From: Macrostomum hystrix
Taxonomy: Eukaryota; Animalia; Platyhelminthes
NCBI GenBank assembly: GCA_950097015.1
Contig: CATNEN010000014.1
Location: forward strand, 1,550,001 to 1,614,000
Reading direction: 5' to 3'
DNA length: 64,000 nucleotides
Below the pieces are notes generated by a model, which did not search any database, had not been told where the DNA came from, and worked only from the letters and a program-made list of their open reading frames with translations. Position numbers and translations under genes: made by a program. Of the stretch, positions 1 through 12,790 are shown in pieces. Position 1 is the first letter of the stretch. Each line of letters begins with the position of its first letter.

Positions 1-40
1 GACTTTTGGTAAATTCATCCATGTCATTCTCTTGCTTTAG

Positions 41-178
41 GGCAAGGTGATGTCCCCGAGAATGAGCGAGATTGTCCTGGCGGCGGCGCTGCTGCTGCTG
101 ATGATTACCGCCCTGCTTCTGTTACTGCTGTGCAGAAACCTGTGCCAGACCCACATACTGATCGAGAAGGAGCGCTGA
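41..178 (+). CDS. Putative terminal exon encoding a transmembrane helix and short tail (paralog of the last exon of the Ig-domain gene at 22755-25586); upstream exons lie outside the window
   Basis: Pyrimidine tract and AG at 39-40; phase-0 translation GKVMSPRMSEIVLAAALLLLMITALLLLLLCRNLCQTHILIEKER*; clear inverted nucleotide homology with 22755-22950. Confidence 0.55.
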   Translation, partial: GKVMSPRMSEIVLAAALLLLMITALLLLLLCRNLCQTHILIEKER

Positions 179-482
179 GGAATCGACTGAATGAGGGCTG
201 AGGGAGAGACTGAATGAGGGCTGAGGGAGAGACTGAATGAGGGCTGAGGGAGTGACTGAATGAGGGCTGAGGGAGAGACTGAATGAGGGCTGAGGGAGAG
301 ACTGAATGAGGGCTGAGGAATCGACTGAATGAGGGCTGAGGGAGAGACTGAATGAGGGCTGAGGGAGAGACTGAATGAGGGCTGAGGGAGAGACTGAATG
401 AGGGCTGAGGGAGAGACTGAATGAGGGCTGAGGGAAAGACTGAATGAGGGCTGAGGGAGAGACTGAATGAGGGCTGAGGAAT
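176..482. repeat. 23-bp minisatellite (GAATGAGGGCTGAGGGAGAGACT)n
   Basis: Tandem copies read directly; same family in reverse at 22222-22783 and a remnant near 29935-29965. Confidence 0.95.
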
Positions 483-949
483 AAGGACATGCTATACTAT
501 GCTACATAATTTACAATATAGAATTGTTCTTCTATAATTATATAGCATCTTTGGTCAGACCGGTTTTTACAGCTACGCACCTTAGTTTCTCAAATATCGG
601 ATGTTTTGAAATTTAATAAAATATATACTAAAAAATCCTGCGCACTTTAAATCTCAAAGCAATTTAATAAATGAAGGAATAGTCTTCGAGTAGTATGCGA
701 TCGGGGTACTCTGATTGAAACCAGAACCGTGAATAAAATCAGCAGAATTATCGACTCTCGGAAGCCAGGTGTTTTATCAATTAAAGGTGTCAAACTCAAA
801 GTACTACTACTCGAAGTAGATAAGGTTCCTCGTTCTCATAGTATTTGTCCACGTCTTTTTCGAAAATAATTGGCATTTTTATTAAGGAAAATTTATTTTT
901 TGTTTAAACGTGAAAACGAAGCTCTCTTGCCCGTTTGTCAATATACTTC

Positions 950-2035
950 TTTTCCACCATTTTGTCCAGGATGTTGACAAATTCTTTTCTGTTTTCATCT
1001 TTTATGCCAGTCTAAGTTGCAGCTCCAAGAAGAACTGCTAGCCGCTTATAGATTTCACAAATTCCTTTTCCAGTGGGGTTTTCAGGCGACTGAAATGATT
1101 GGTCGGTGGAGGACTGGTCGGTGGAGGATTGGTCTGAAGGTGAACTCTCAACTGGTCTTTGTTGTGGTGTGAACACTCTTGCTTTGATTTTATTCATTCG
1201 ATCTGGGGAGAAATTTTCTAGTTGTTGCCAGGCATCCGGGTGATCATTTTTATATTTAGCTACTTGAGTCGGATCTGCCTTTTCAGGTCACTGAGTACTT
1301 GTTCTTCTGAGTGCTGTTTTGGCGGTTGTTGTTCTAGAAATTTTATAGCAGCTTTTTGATCTGGCGAACCAAACCATTGTTTAAATGCTTGTACTTTTTG
1401 AATCTAGTCAGGATGACACCGTTGTCATACATTATTTTCAGAACTTGTGGGACCTTTAGTATTTCTATATCTCTAGCAAGAGCAAAACTCACTAGATCTC
1501 TGTAGTTCTTTAGCTGCTTGTCCGAAATTTTCTCTTGGTTTTTAGTCATAAATGTCAGTAATGTTTCTGTAAAAGCTACGCTCCTAGTTTTGGAGCCTTT
1601 GACGACAGAAATATATTTATTATTTATGTCGATATAATATTCCACTGGTTCATTATAATTTTTTTTCTCCGCATTTTTTCCCCGCAACTTATTCCAAATA
1701 CATATTTCCCATAATGTTCTACACGTTCTACTGGTCCAAAAATATTGTCTGTTACTTTTAGTTGTGGTTGCATATCTGCTGATTGCTGTATCTGCGGAGC
1801 TTCTGGAATTTTGTCCAAAGCCTTTTGCACCTGGTTTTCCTGTATGTCGCCAATAGTTTTTTGACTTGATCAATATTTTTCTTGGCTTCTCCATACCGGG
1901 TTTGTGAAACTCTGTGGCTCCTTGGACAAACTCATTGTAGGATTGTTGCTCCTTATTGATTAGCGCGGTAACTCTGTTTTCTGCTTGTGCTAGCTTCTCC
2001 AATTCAGAAATTTGGTGTGCATTTTTTCTCTTCAT
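950..2035 (-). pseudogene. Maverick conserved ORF, homologous to the C-terminal half of the element B ATPase-fusion ORF
   Basis: ORFs 1343-2035 and 1012-1197; KRLAVLLGAAT followed by TGIKDENRKEFVNILDKM resembles the RLWTLLVAKANGHTGI end of 48099-49718. Confidence 0.55.
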
Positions 2036-2064
2036 TTCTTATTTTATTTTTTTAGTTTAAAAAA

Positions 2065-3370
2065 ATGAACGACCAACTGACACCGGTTTTCTACAAAACT
2101 AACAAGCCTATTTTGAGTGATGATAGCACAATCAAAGCGACTCAAGTAAGAGTTCCCAGTCAGGAAAATCAGAATGAAACTAATCTTGGTCCTGGTCAAA
2201 CACTGACATTCACCTACAATGGATGTTCGTCTCTGGTTAGTGTGCACAGTCTTAAGAGCGGCTTCCATATGACATTTCAATTCAAGACAAAGGGAGGTGC
2301 GGATGCAGCTCGTGCTAACGTTGACAAGCATGATGCAGATGTGGCTCTGATCAGTAACTTTTGGTCGTACATGTTAAATGAGTTTTTTAGTGTATCGAAT
2401 GGGAGCACAGAGTTGGAGCGTATCGCTAATTTTGGAATTGTCTATGACGCTCATTGTTTGATCGAGAATCCAGATTTTATTTAGTTGGGGAGTGGTGCAG
2501 GTTTCATTGCAGATGAAAAAGAAGGAGATCTCAATGACAGTGGCTATAAAAAGAGGAAGAAGAGATACAACTATGCATTGCAAGGTGCTGATGATGCTGC
2601 TAAGAACCCGCTGTATCGGTCTGTTGATGTATTCGCACCACTGAGATTCATGAGTCGATTCTGTAACATTCTGTAACATTCTCGTACATTTAATCGACTG
2701 ACTAGTAACTTCAACTACACCTTTAAGGTGACTAGAGATGATCGCAGTAGAGTGTTGTGGACTGGGGCGGACCACACTAGGATGGAGGTGAAGCTAACCG
2801 GAATCGAGCTGTATTTGGAAGTCATTGAGCCAAAGACCGCACTAAAAGCAGATTATCTCAAGGCAATAGAGAAGGACATTGATGTCGCCTACACGGCCTA
2901 CATGTGTCGAGATGAGCGAAACGAAACCAGAACAAACATCTGCATTAAAGAGGGATCATGCAGCAATCCCAGGTATATTATTATTAACCTGAGAAACCCA
3001 AATAGCATTATACGCTACATGCATGGAGACGTGCGGTCCATTCAGCATGAAATCAGTGATAATCTTTACCCTGCACTGCCACAAAATGGAAATTTCAAAG
3101 AAAACAAGATAAGCAAAATTTACAGCGAGTTGGTCGACTTGGCTGTGAAAGAGAACAATGGAATTGCTATCACTGCTCTTCAATATGGAACTGATTATCC
3201 GATGTTCGGCGCTGATGTGTCTGCCAGACAAATGCCTACTGGTAACAGCCCTGTAAATATCGTGACTAACATTTAGAGGACTGCCGCAGCACCCGTGGAC
3301 CTGTACATTATCTATGCGTTCGAGAGGAAGGTGAAGCTTAACATGATCAACAATTCGTCCAGTAAAGTTT
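2065..3370 (+). pseudogene. Maverick major capsid protein (double jelly-roll), with stops and frameshifts
   Basis: Consecutive ORFs 2065-2484, 2485-2676, 2728-3276; size, position before the minor capsid gene and resemblance to Polinton MCP. Confidence 0.7.
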
Positions 3371-3383
3371 AAATATTTTTTTC

Positions 3384-4240
3384 GTGGGTGAAAAAAAGGA
3401 AGCGATTGCTGAAAGACTAAATAATATTATTTCTCACTCTAAGGAGAGCATTCCTATTACAATAGCTGGGCGAATTAATGACGCAAACGGGATATTTGTT
3501 GAAAAATTAGAGCAGGCGATTCGCCTGGATCCAAGTGCTAATTACCATGTATATCTTAACGACTTCACTGGTTGGTCAAACGTTCCCATTGTGACGGCAG
3601 CAAATAATAAGTTTCATTACAAATAGAAAGGTGCAGCAGCAGAAGCTGTGGTATTCCCTGTGAGCACGCAAAGTGTGGATACCTACAATTACTTTCTAGA
3701 AAATGTTTTTACTAAAAGAGGCCATTTTGAGACACCCAATGCGAGCAAGCCAGAGAAGAAACTGTTCCCTGTCAAACTATCCTATGATCTCACTGTAATG
3801 AGAGTGGTCATGCAAGTTCACAAAGATGCGGAGGTTGAATTTAAAGATTACACATGGTATAGGGAATTTGGATTCGAGAAGAAAGTTTATAAGGCGGAAG
3901 CACAGACTGCATCACCGGAGGCAGTTTCGAGGACCCTGCTAAGCGGTCTGTTCTTAGCACCCAATATCGCAGACATTGTAAAGGGTTTGAATATTCTAAT
4001 CAGAAGTAATCTCAGTCTTGATTGGGTATTTAAGAGTATTTAACGAATATTTTGTACAACATCTCAAACTCTGTTCCTGGAGGACAGATGCTGGTAGAGA
4101 AACCAAATCCAGTGAAAAGAGTTGTGCTAAGTAATAAGGAGATTCACGAGATTGTGCTGCAGTTTGAGACGGAAGATGGTGTTGGCGTTGATTTCATCGG
4201 TCAAGAGTTTGTATTGACGTTGATCATTGAGAGAATGTGA
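3384..4240 (+). pseudogene. Maverick minor capsid (penton) protein, broken
   Basis: ORFs 3384-3626, 3648-4043, 4052-4240; VTAANNKFHY and C-terminal LQFETEDGVGVDFIGQEFVLTL parallel ITAANNNFRY and FSIEDESGVLYDFGGEEIFLSI in 47287-48087. Confidence 0.75.
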
Positions 4241-4481
4241 GCTGCCTAATGATTTCTGCAAAGTTATAGTAGCTGTCATAGTCCTTTACGTAGGTTACTC
4301 CATACTTATGAAACCAGTGACTTTGGAGAGCTTGATTAATATTAGGGACATTGATATCCACGCCGGGCCAATATTTTCTCATGTACTCGCTGCATTCTTG
4401 TTTGCATCGGTATTTACTCTTGTAATTAGGCTCATGACTTTTGTAATAAGATCCTGGAGAGACGATTGGGAGCATTTTTAA
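4227..4481 (+). CDS. Small two-TM hypothetical protein, probably Maverick A
   Basis: 84-aa ORF with two hydrophobic stretches directly after the minor capsid gene. Confidence 0.35.
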   Translation: MRECELPNDFCKVIVAVIVLYVGYSILMKPVTLESLINIRDIDIHAGPIFSHVLAAFLFASVFTLVIRLMTFVIRSWRDDWEHF

Positions 4482-4949
4482 TGAGAATATAATTTTTTTT
4501 CGGAGGATGAGCACCCTAGATTATGGGTCTTGAGTTTGGGATTTGGAATCTAGGTGTTAGTTTTATGGATTTGGCACGCTTTTTGCAGGTTCACTTTTTA
4601 GGCATGATCTATTAGGAAGTATTAAGGTGGCTGCATAATTTTTTTGTCCAAGTTCACAAACTGGAAAGTAGAGACAGATTTTTATTGGCGGGGACTCTTG
4701 TTTTTTCCTTAGGGAAGGACAAAGGTAATGGTTTGTGCATTAAGGAGGCTGCGATAATTTTTGTCCTAGATATGCAACTCACAAACTGTTGTGGAATATT
4801 AAAAGTAGAGAATTTAGAATATGGAGACGGAGTTTTTTAGAGAGAGGCGGGGACCCTTTTTTCCTGATCTCTTCGGGAATAATAAACGTAATGGTTTGTG
4901 GATAATGGGGGCTGCGATTATTTTTGTCCTAGAAGCCCCCTCTTGCATA

Positions 4950-5395
4950 CCACTCCAGAGTCTGAATCATGGCTAAACCAGAGTTTGAATCATGGCTAAA
5001 CCAGAGTTTGAATCATGGCTAAACCAGAGTTTGAATCATGGCTAAACCAGAGCTTGAGTCATGGCTAAACCATAGCTTGAATCATAGCCAACCAGAGTTT
5101 GAATCATGGCTAAACCAGAGTTTGAATCATGGCTAAACCAGAGTTTGAATCATGGCTAAACCAGAGCTTGAGTCATGGCTAAACCATAGCTTGAATCATA
5201 GCCAACCAGAGTTTGAATCATGGCTAAACCAGTGTTTGAATCATGGCCAAACCAGCGTTTGAATCATGGCTAAACCAGAGTTTGAATCATGGCTAAACCA
5301 GAGTTTGGATCATGGCTAAACCAGAGCTTGAATCATGGCTAAACCAGAGCTTGAATCATGGCTAAACCAGAGCTTGAATCATGGCTAAACCAGAA
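4950..5395. repeat. 23-bp minisatellite (CCAGAGTTTGAATCATGGCTAAA)n
   Basis: Tandem copies read directly. Confidence 0.95.
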
Positions 5396-5965
5396 CTGGG
5401 GGATAATCGTCAACTGTGGGATAATTATAAACTGGGGAATCATCATCAAATGGGGGGATCATGGTCAACTGAGGATCATTGTCAAATGGAGATCATCATC
5501 ATTTGGGAGTCATCATCAAATGGGGGATCATGGTCAACTGGGAGATCATTGTCAACTGGGTGATCATCATCAACTGGGGGATCATTGTCAACTAGGGGGT
5601 AATGGCTAACTGGGGTAACATCGTCAACTGGGGATCATCATCAATGGGTGATCATAGTCAACTGGGAGATAATTGTCAACTGGGTGATCATCTTCAACTG
5701 GTGGATCATCATCATCTGGGGGACCAATGTGAACGGGGGGATCATTGTCAACTGGGGGATCATTGTCAACTATGGAATCATTGTCAACTGGTTGATCATC
5801 ATCAACTGGGGGATCATTGTCAACTGGGGGATCATTGTCAACTGGGGGTTCATTGTCAACTGGGGGATCATTGTCAACTGGGGGATAATTGTCAACTAGG
5901 GGATCATCATCAACTAGGGGATCATCATCAACTGGGGGATCATTGTCAACTGGGGGTTCATTGTA
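5392..5965. repeat. 18-bp minisatellite (CAACTGGGGGATCATTGT)n
   Basis: Tandem copies read directly; about 2 copies recur near 35745-35785. Confidence 0.95.
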
Positions 5966-6057
5966 GCTATAAAAAGCTGTAAATTCAGCTGCTTAAAAGT
6001 ATATACTAGACGAATTAAAAGTATTTCTGCTCCCCGAAGGGGGGCAAAACTTGCTAG
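5930..6057 (+). mobile_element. Helitron-type 3' end (non-autonomous, minisatellite-bearing)
   Basis: GC hairpin GCTCCCCGAAGGGGGGC (6029-6045), then CTAG (6054-6057) followed by T; comparison with 521-530 shows an A|T insertion site; homologous end at about 35745-35879. Confidence 0.7.
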
Positions 6058-6222
6058 TTGTTCTTCTATAATTATATAGCATCTTTGGTCAGACCGGTTT
6101 TTACAGCTACGCACCTTAGTTTCTCAAATATCGGATGTTTTGAGATTTAATAAAATATATACTAAGAAATCCTGCACACTTTAAATCTCAAAGCAATTTA
6201 ATAAATAAAGGAATAGTCTTCG

Positions 6223-6679
6223 AGTAGTATGTGATCAGGGTACTCTGATTGAAACCAGAACCGTGAATAAAATCAGCAGAATTACCGACTCTCGGAAGCC
6301 AGGTGTTTTATCAATTAAAGGTGTTAAACTCAAAGTAGATCCAATCCAGCATCTAATCCATTGTAACAATCAAACACACAATATCACTGATGAGAAGACA
6401 AGCGGGATTCTTCCTTTGCTAACTCTTATCCCAATCATCGCAGGTGCTCTTGGTGCTGCAGGAGGTGTAGCCGGCGGAGTTGCATCAGCTGTGAAGGCTG
6501 GCAATGACAGAGCACATCAACGAGAGATGGAGAAAATCGCTAGAGAAAAAGGAGTCAGAATCGGAATGGGTAGTTGTGAATCAGTTGATAAATCAGCTGA
6601 TGAATCAGTCAGCAAATCAGAAATCGCTAAAGCCATCATGACACTGCATAAAGCAGGATTTACAATTCTCCGGATGTGA
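6223..6679 (+). CDS. Maverick core/membrane-lytic-type small protein (5' truncated)
   Basis: SGILPLLTLIPIIAGALGAAGGVAGG closely matches GGILPLLTLIPLIAGIAGATGGVAAG in 51144-51614. Confidence 0.7.
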
Positions 6680-6745
6680 ATAATCCGGCTCTCATAACTG
6701 TATTTAGCACTGTTGGTAGTAGTTTCTCATTCTTGAAACATAAAT

Positions 6746-7057
6746 TTGACCACCCTAGATTTTTTTAAGTTTTCCCTAATAAATGCCAAATTAAATCCTG
6801 AAAAAATGATCGAATCTTTCTTTCAAAATAATTATCCTCAAGCCTCTTCTTTTCAGCAGAAAAGTAAAGTTCTGCAAGGTCTCTGTAAGCAGAATTTAAT
6901 TATGGATCCAGGCTACCTCGGGAGCTATGCAAGGCAGCAAGATATTATTAATGAGCTTCAAACATCACAGCAGTACACACCGGTGATGAACCCTGCAGCT
7001 GAGCACAAACGAGAGAGCCAAGCCTTAGTCAATAAATATGAGACTCTCACAGGTTAG
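6746..7057 (+). CDS. Hypothetical Maverick A protein
   Basis: 103-aa ORF between the core protein and pPolB; no recognisable motif. Confidence 0.3.
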   Translation: MTTLDFFKFSLINAKLNPEKMIESFFQNNYPQASSFQQKSKVLQGLCKQNLIMDPGYLGSYARQQDIINELQTSQQYTPVMNPAAEHKRESQALVNKYETLTG

Positions 7058-7100
7058 ACTTGTAAATAAATAAAAACAAACAGGAACAAGAAAATCTAGA

Positions 7101-10100
7101 ATGTTTAATCCGCCCGGTGGAGTCAGAACAACAACCTGAAGACATTAAATTTGCAAAGAGAAAATTTTCAGAGCATTATATTGAGTACACAATCCACCAC
7201 ACAGAAGCCACCACATAAATTTATGACTACAACACTGGAGAAATCCAAACCCAATCCCTCACAGACATTTGCGACTTCAAAGAAAGAATCCAATCAGTAA
7301 TTGATCACACACTGAAATCACGTAAGACCTTCAAACTTCAGTTATCATTCAAGATTGAATTTTACATGCCTACAAAACCCACTGAGCATATTGAACACTA
7401 CATGACTACTAAAGCTCTACCCTATACTCCCACTGACACACAGGATCCATTTCTTCAAGAGATCAGTAAAAAGATTGACGCCTTTACTTCCAGAGGATCA
7501 GGTTGGGTTGTCAGAGGCATTCAAAAAGCTACTGTAATGATCATGAAATATGACTCTCTCAAAGCCTCATCATATATTGAGCTCGCACCAAAGCTAGCAA
7601 ATAAAAAGGCTTGCATCAATGTAAAAAACTATGACCAATGCTGCGCACTATGGGCCGTTTTGTCTGCAATATTGTATGCGAAAGACCGAGCCCACCCAGA
7701 GAGAACTTCTCATTATAAAATTTATTTTGATGCAGAATTACAAGAATGTTATAAAAAGGGAATTTCCTTCAATAGAGGCGGCCTATCAATCGATCAAATC
7801 CTAAAGCTAGAGGAAGTCTTTAACAATAAAATCAGAATCACTGTCTTTGAATGGAATGAGAAGAGCGAAAAAGTACGATTAGTCAGAGCCAGCAAGAATA
7901 TCCTAGATCCGGAAGGTAGGCGTTGCATAGATTTCGATCTTCTAATCACATGTGACTTGCAAGAAAATGCCCACTACGTTTGGATTAAAGATCTTTAAGG
8001 CTCCTCCACAAGAAAATGAACAATCATCATGAACCGGTAGCAATCTGCCGTCTTTGTCAGAAGCATTATAGTGGACCCGATCGTGATGAAAAACATAAAG
8101 ATCATGAATTGACCTGTGAAGATCATCCAACCAACTGCTCACTTCCTAATGGTGATAATAAGTATCTCAGATTTAAGAGTTATCACAAGATGGAAAAACT
8201 CCCGTTTATAGCATACGCCGACTTTGAATGCACTATAAACCCTGAAAGGCTGAAATCAATAAGCATGGCCCAAATTCTGTTGCGTATCTCTCCCTCTCTT
8301 ACACCCTCTCTTACGAACTACACGGTCAGAGACCACGATCAGTTCACGGGAAAATTTAGAGGGGCAGCTCATAACACTTGCAATCTGAAACTAAGGAAAA
8401 ACATCCACGACCTTACTACTTTCTTCCATAACGGAAGGGGTTATGATTTTTTGGTTGAGAAGCTGGGTATGATACCAGACATTAACATAGAATGCATCGC
8501 AGAGAACAAAGAAAAGTTCAAGTGCATTGATATTACGCAAAAATCTGGCAAGATTAAGATCAAAGATTCATTCCAGTTTGTGACCACAAGTCTCGATGCT
8601 TTGAGTAAAAATCTCACCAATGACCAATATACTTACACCATGTCGCTTGCGGATTCCCCAGATTCATTTAAGTTTCTTAGAAAGAAAGGTTTCTACCCTT
8701 ATGAATGGGTGACAGGTTATCATGTCTTTGCCGAACAACTACCACCGAAGGACAAGTTCTTTTCAAGGCTAACAAATTCTGGGATTTCCGATGAAGATTA
8801 TGAGCATGCTCTGACTGTTTACAAACATTTTAACTGTCGAAACTTTCTTGATTATCACATTATTTATCTTTTAACTGATGTCTTTCTTCTAGCTGATGTA
8901 TTTGAAACCTTCAGAAAAACCTGGTAGTCTGCTTATGGTTTTGACCCCGCTCATTATGTGTCTTTGCCTGCTACCAGTTGGGAATCGTTGCTTAAAATTA
9001 AATTGGATCAAAATAATCCCGACTGGTACATCGAGTTGCTTACAGACATAGACAAGTACAACTTTATAGATTCATCTAAGAGAGGTGGCATCTCTATTTG
9101 TTTCTATAGGTATGCTAAGGCGTATCCGTATTTGGAAGACTATAACAATGAGCAGCCATCAAACTATATACTTTACCATGATGCGAACAACCTCTATGGT
9201 TGGGCTATGAGCCAAGATTTACCTGTTAGAGATTTCCAGTGGCTAACAGAATGCAACACAGACTTTTCAACACCTGCGATCTATGAAGTTGATGTTGAAA
9301 TCCCATGGGAACTTTACGACTATTTTTCTGACTTTGCCCCCTTCCCTGAGAACATTAACTGTCCAAAGATAATCCATAATGGTGATGGAAGCTGGAGGCT
9401 ATCAACAGAAAAAGAGCATGTGAAAAAGTTAACACAAAATCTCATGAACAAGACACGCTACATCATTCATTACAAACTGTTGCGGGATTTTATCTCCCTA
9501 GACTTTAGGGTTACGAGAGTTCACAGGGCTCACACATTTACAGAAGAATCGTGAATGAAGCCATATATAGAAAAAAACACCTAGATTAGAATTAAAGCAA
9601 CAAACAGCTTTGACAAGGACCTGTTTAAGCTTGCAAACAACTGTCTATTGCAAGACCCTAGAAAACGAACGCAACCGCACGAACCTGAAAATCGTTACAT
9701 CAGCACAACCTGACAAACTGCTTCGGAATATCTCTAAACCTACATTCAAAGAGTTTCATATCTTTATTGGTTACTTGGGCGCAGTATTGTTTTATAAAAC
9801 CAAAAAACCCTCTGCAAGCCAATATTCACAGGTGGCATGTAACTGTACTTGACGAAACGAAGTGCCTGATGTATAAATTCTTCTATGACATGAAGCGGCA
9901 ATATGGTGAACAAGTGAATCTTCTCTATACTGACACTTACACCCTAATTCTAAACATACAGACTGAGGATGTCTATCAGGATATGCTGAAGCAAAAACAT
10001 CTGTACGACCTATCCGAATATCCAGAGTCCTTCAAGGCTTAGAAAGGTGATCAAGTACGCGACACAACGAATCAAAAAGTTGTAGAAAAATGAGGGATGA

Positions 10101-10230
10101 AACGGCTGGCACCCTCATTACAGAGTTTATCGGATTGAGATCCAAGTCCTACTGTGTTGAAAGTTGTAATTCTACCATTAAAAAGTCAAAAGGAATCCCA
10201 AAACATGTTGTTGACATCTGACATATCTGA
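7101..10230 (+). pseudogene. polB: Protein-primed B-family DNA polymerase of Maverick A, with stops and frameshifts
   Basis: Exo I YADFE; VRDHDQFTGKFRGAAHNTCNL (endonuclease VII-like insert); Exo II HNGRGYD; KKGFYPYEW; RGGIS; motif A DANNLYGWAMSQDLP; KLANN; degenerate YTDTY; EFIGLRSKSY. Confidence 0.92.
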
Positions 10231-10988
10231 CAACAGATATTTTTTTAGAAGAGCTAGTGAAATATTTTAATTTTTTTGCGTCTTCGTTTTATCGATGTCT
10301 AGCTTAATGAATTTTCTTGTTATCTTCAATTATTATCTCTAGCAAAGAGGCCAGTTACGAGCGTACAAGCGGCTATTTCTAAGAAATAAGGAGGCCTGGG
10401 AAATCGACTATCTTTTCCTGATGTTGCACTCACTTTTGATGTTGTATTCTCAATCGAATTATACTTAGATGGTCTTAAAGCAAACAATCACAGAGATGGA
10501 AACTCATAATAAATTACTAAAACTATAAAAATCACAGAGAGAGAGTGTTTCCCAAACTCACGGATCCTGTGTGGGTAACCAAAGTATAGAAAGGGGTCTC
10601 AAAATAAGATCTGGGAGGAGTTTCCAGGAATCACAATTCCAATTCCAATGAAGTTCTTATTCTTTGTCTTAATGACAATCTGAGCTTTGTAAGAACTAGC
10701 CAGAGGTAGCAATGGCTAGCGACAAAGAGTTATCGGACCTAGCTAAGAGAGTGAATAGCAGTGCAAGAGAGGAAGGGACGGGCGGTCGGGACACTTCTCT
10801 CAGTGTAAGAGCTTTTATACTAGTCTGGCCAAAGGCTGTCATACGACAGGAGTCTCTAGGCGAATCCTAGAGCTCCTGCAAACGCATCCTCGCGCAGGAG
10901 GAAAAGCTGCATATTCTCTGGTCTTTGCAAGCGCGCGCAGATATAAGAATCGCATAGTAAAAATTGTAATACTTCACTAGCTCAACAA

Positions 10989-12593
10989 CAACAACAAAGT
11001 ACGCTGTCAGGTGGAAAAGGCAGCGTCACAGTGCACGCTTCAGAGCCTGGGCGCGAACAAAGGCCGCACCGCCGGCAGTGTCCGGGGCGCCAGCATCGGC
11101 CAGCAGGCAGTCGACGAAACGCCGAGTTCGGGCCTGGCCGCGCCGGTAGGGTGCCTGCAGCGTTAGCAGCAGCACCTCCTGCACCGGCTGCGGGCAGTAG
11201 GACTCGGCGCGGATGATGTGGCCTGCAAGCTGGAGTCGCCGAAGTCGCAGCAGTTCACTCGGACGGGCCAGGCCGGCGCGACGATAGAGTGCCGCGTTAG
11301 TGATCCGCTCGTCACTGATCTTAAAGGCGGCACGCAGCAGGCCAGCGTGCGCCGCGTTGACTTGCTGTTCTAGCGAATCCGTCAGCGTCCACGTCTCGGC
11401 GTTGTACAACAGGACGGTCTCGACCACCGCCTGGAACAGCGCTGCCCTCTGGCGATCAGGTAGGGCCTCGGACTGCAGGACCACCCTCACAGAACGAAAA
11501 GCAGCCCAAGCGAGCCCGCGGCGACGCCGCAGATCTTCGCGGACGTCAGGTACCAGACCGCCAAGGTAGACGAACTGCTGACAGCGCGGAAGCTCCGTTA
11601 CCTGCCCGTCAGCGCTTCGGCAGAAAATTGCGGCCTCGATGTCGCCCGGCACGCAGAGCACAACGGTCTTCTTCGTGTTGACCAACAGGCCGACGCTCGC
11701 TGCAGCGCTAACCAGCTTATCCAGCTGGCGCTGGGCGTCCTCTACGGTCGAGGACAGCAGGGCGAGGTCATCGGCGTAGCCAAGCACGCTGAGCCGCTTC
11801 TCCGGTTGACGTCGACCCACGCGTCGCCGCAGTAGGAAGCCGTCTTCGTCGGTAGGAAGAGCAGTTCGTAGCACCCAGTCAAGCACCAGGACGAACAGGA
11901 ACGGCGCTAGAGTGTCCCCCTGGAGCACCCCGGAGGATGTCTCGAAGGGGTCCGACAGGCCGTCCGGCGTCATCACAGCTGCTCTCGTAGCACAGTACAA
12001 CGCCATGATGGCGGAGATCAGCTGTTCTGGCACATGGTACGCGCGGAGCACATGTAGGAGCGCAGCCCTCGCAACTGAGTCGAAAGCCTTCATGAAGTCA
12101 ATGAAGACAACGATCAGGTCCAACTGGCGCGTGCGCGCCTCCTCGATGATTCGGCGAAGAGCTAGGATCTGCGTCACTGTGCCACGGTGGGGCCGAAACC
12201 CGTTCTGCTCAGGTCGCAGGTAGGGATCCAGCACGGGTTGCAACCGCGATAGCAGCATCCGGTTGAACATCTTCGCAGCACAAGATTGCAGGCAGATGCC
12301 TCGGTGCTCGTCTAGCCGCGTAGTGCCCGGCTTCTTTGGAATGGCGATGATGTGCGCCATGGTCCACTCAGTGGGTGCCACCTCACCGGAGAGCACGCGG
12401 TTCATCACATGGGCGACCTCACTGGCCACACAGTGGATGCGCAGCGCCTCGATGGGCACCTAGTCCGGACCAAGCGCCTTACCGCCCGGCGTTTTCTGGG
12501 CGAGCATTACGACTTCAGCCATGGTGACTGGTGCAACGTTAAAACTGTCCTCTGACGGCGACGGCGTCTCTGGCGGCAGCGTCAGGATGTTGG
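10989..12593 (-). mobile_element. 5'-truncated RTE-like LINE, RT domain ORF 11026-12459
   Basis: HRGICL, QNGFR, FIDFMKAFDSV, GVLQGDTLAPFLF, YADD; (TTG)n tail; 15-bp TSD TCACTAGCTCAACAA at 10974-10988 and 12594-12608. Confidence 0.95.
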
Positions 12594-12608
12594 TCACTAG
12601 CTCAACAA

Positions 12609-12790
12609 TTGCAAATCCTAAACTTCCAAAGAGGCTTTATGAGAGATACACTGCCAGAATCTCCACTAGAAACAGAATGTGGAATCATGAACTTTGACCC
12701 TGCAGAAAAACCAGGTTCTCATTGGGTTTGTTGGGTAATTAATCCTATCCGCAAACATAAGTACTACTACTTTTACAGCACAGATCAGAC
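12609..12790 (+). pseudogene. Adenain-like cysteine protease fragment of Maverick A; N-terminal codons lie left of the LINE
   Basis: FMRDTLP, CGIMNFDPAEKPGSHWVCW, YYYF; removing the LINE restores SLAQQLQILNFQRGFMRD. Confidence 0.8.

Noticed and set aside
689-811. AGTAGT at 689 and 6223 and ACTACT near 806-811 as Maverick A termini
   Set aside because: AGTAGT falls within an open coding frame (VVCDQGTLIE...), there is no long TIR and no 6-bp TSD pair
10340-10973. LTR-like insert after Maverick A pPolB
   Set aside because: TATA-like signal present, but no TG...CA ends, PBS/PPT or TSD could be fixed; left unclassified
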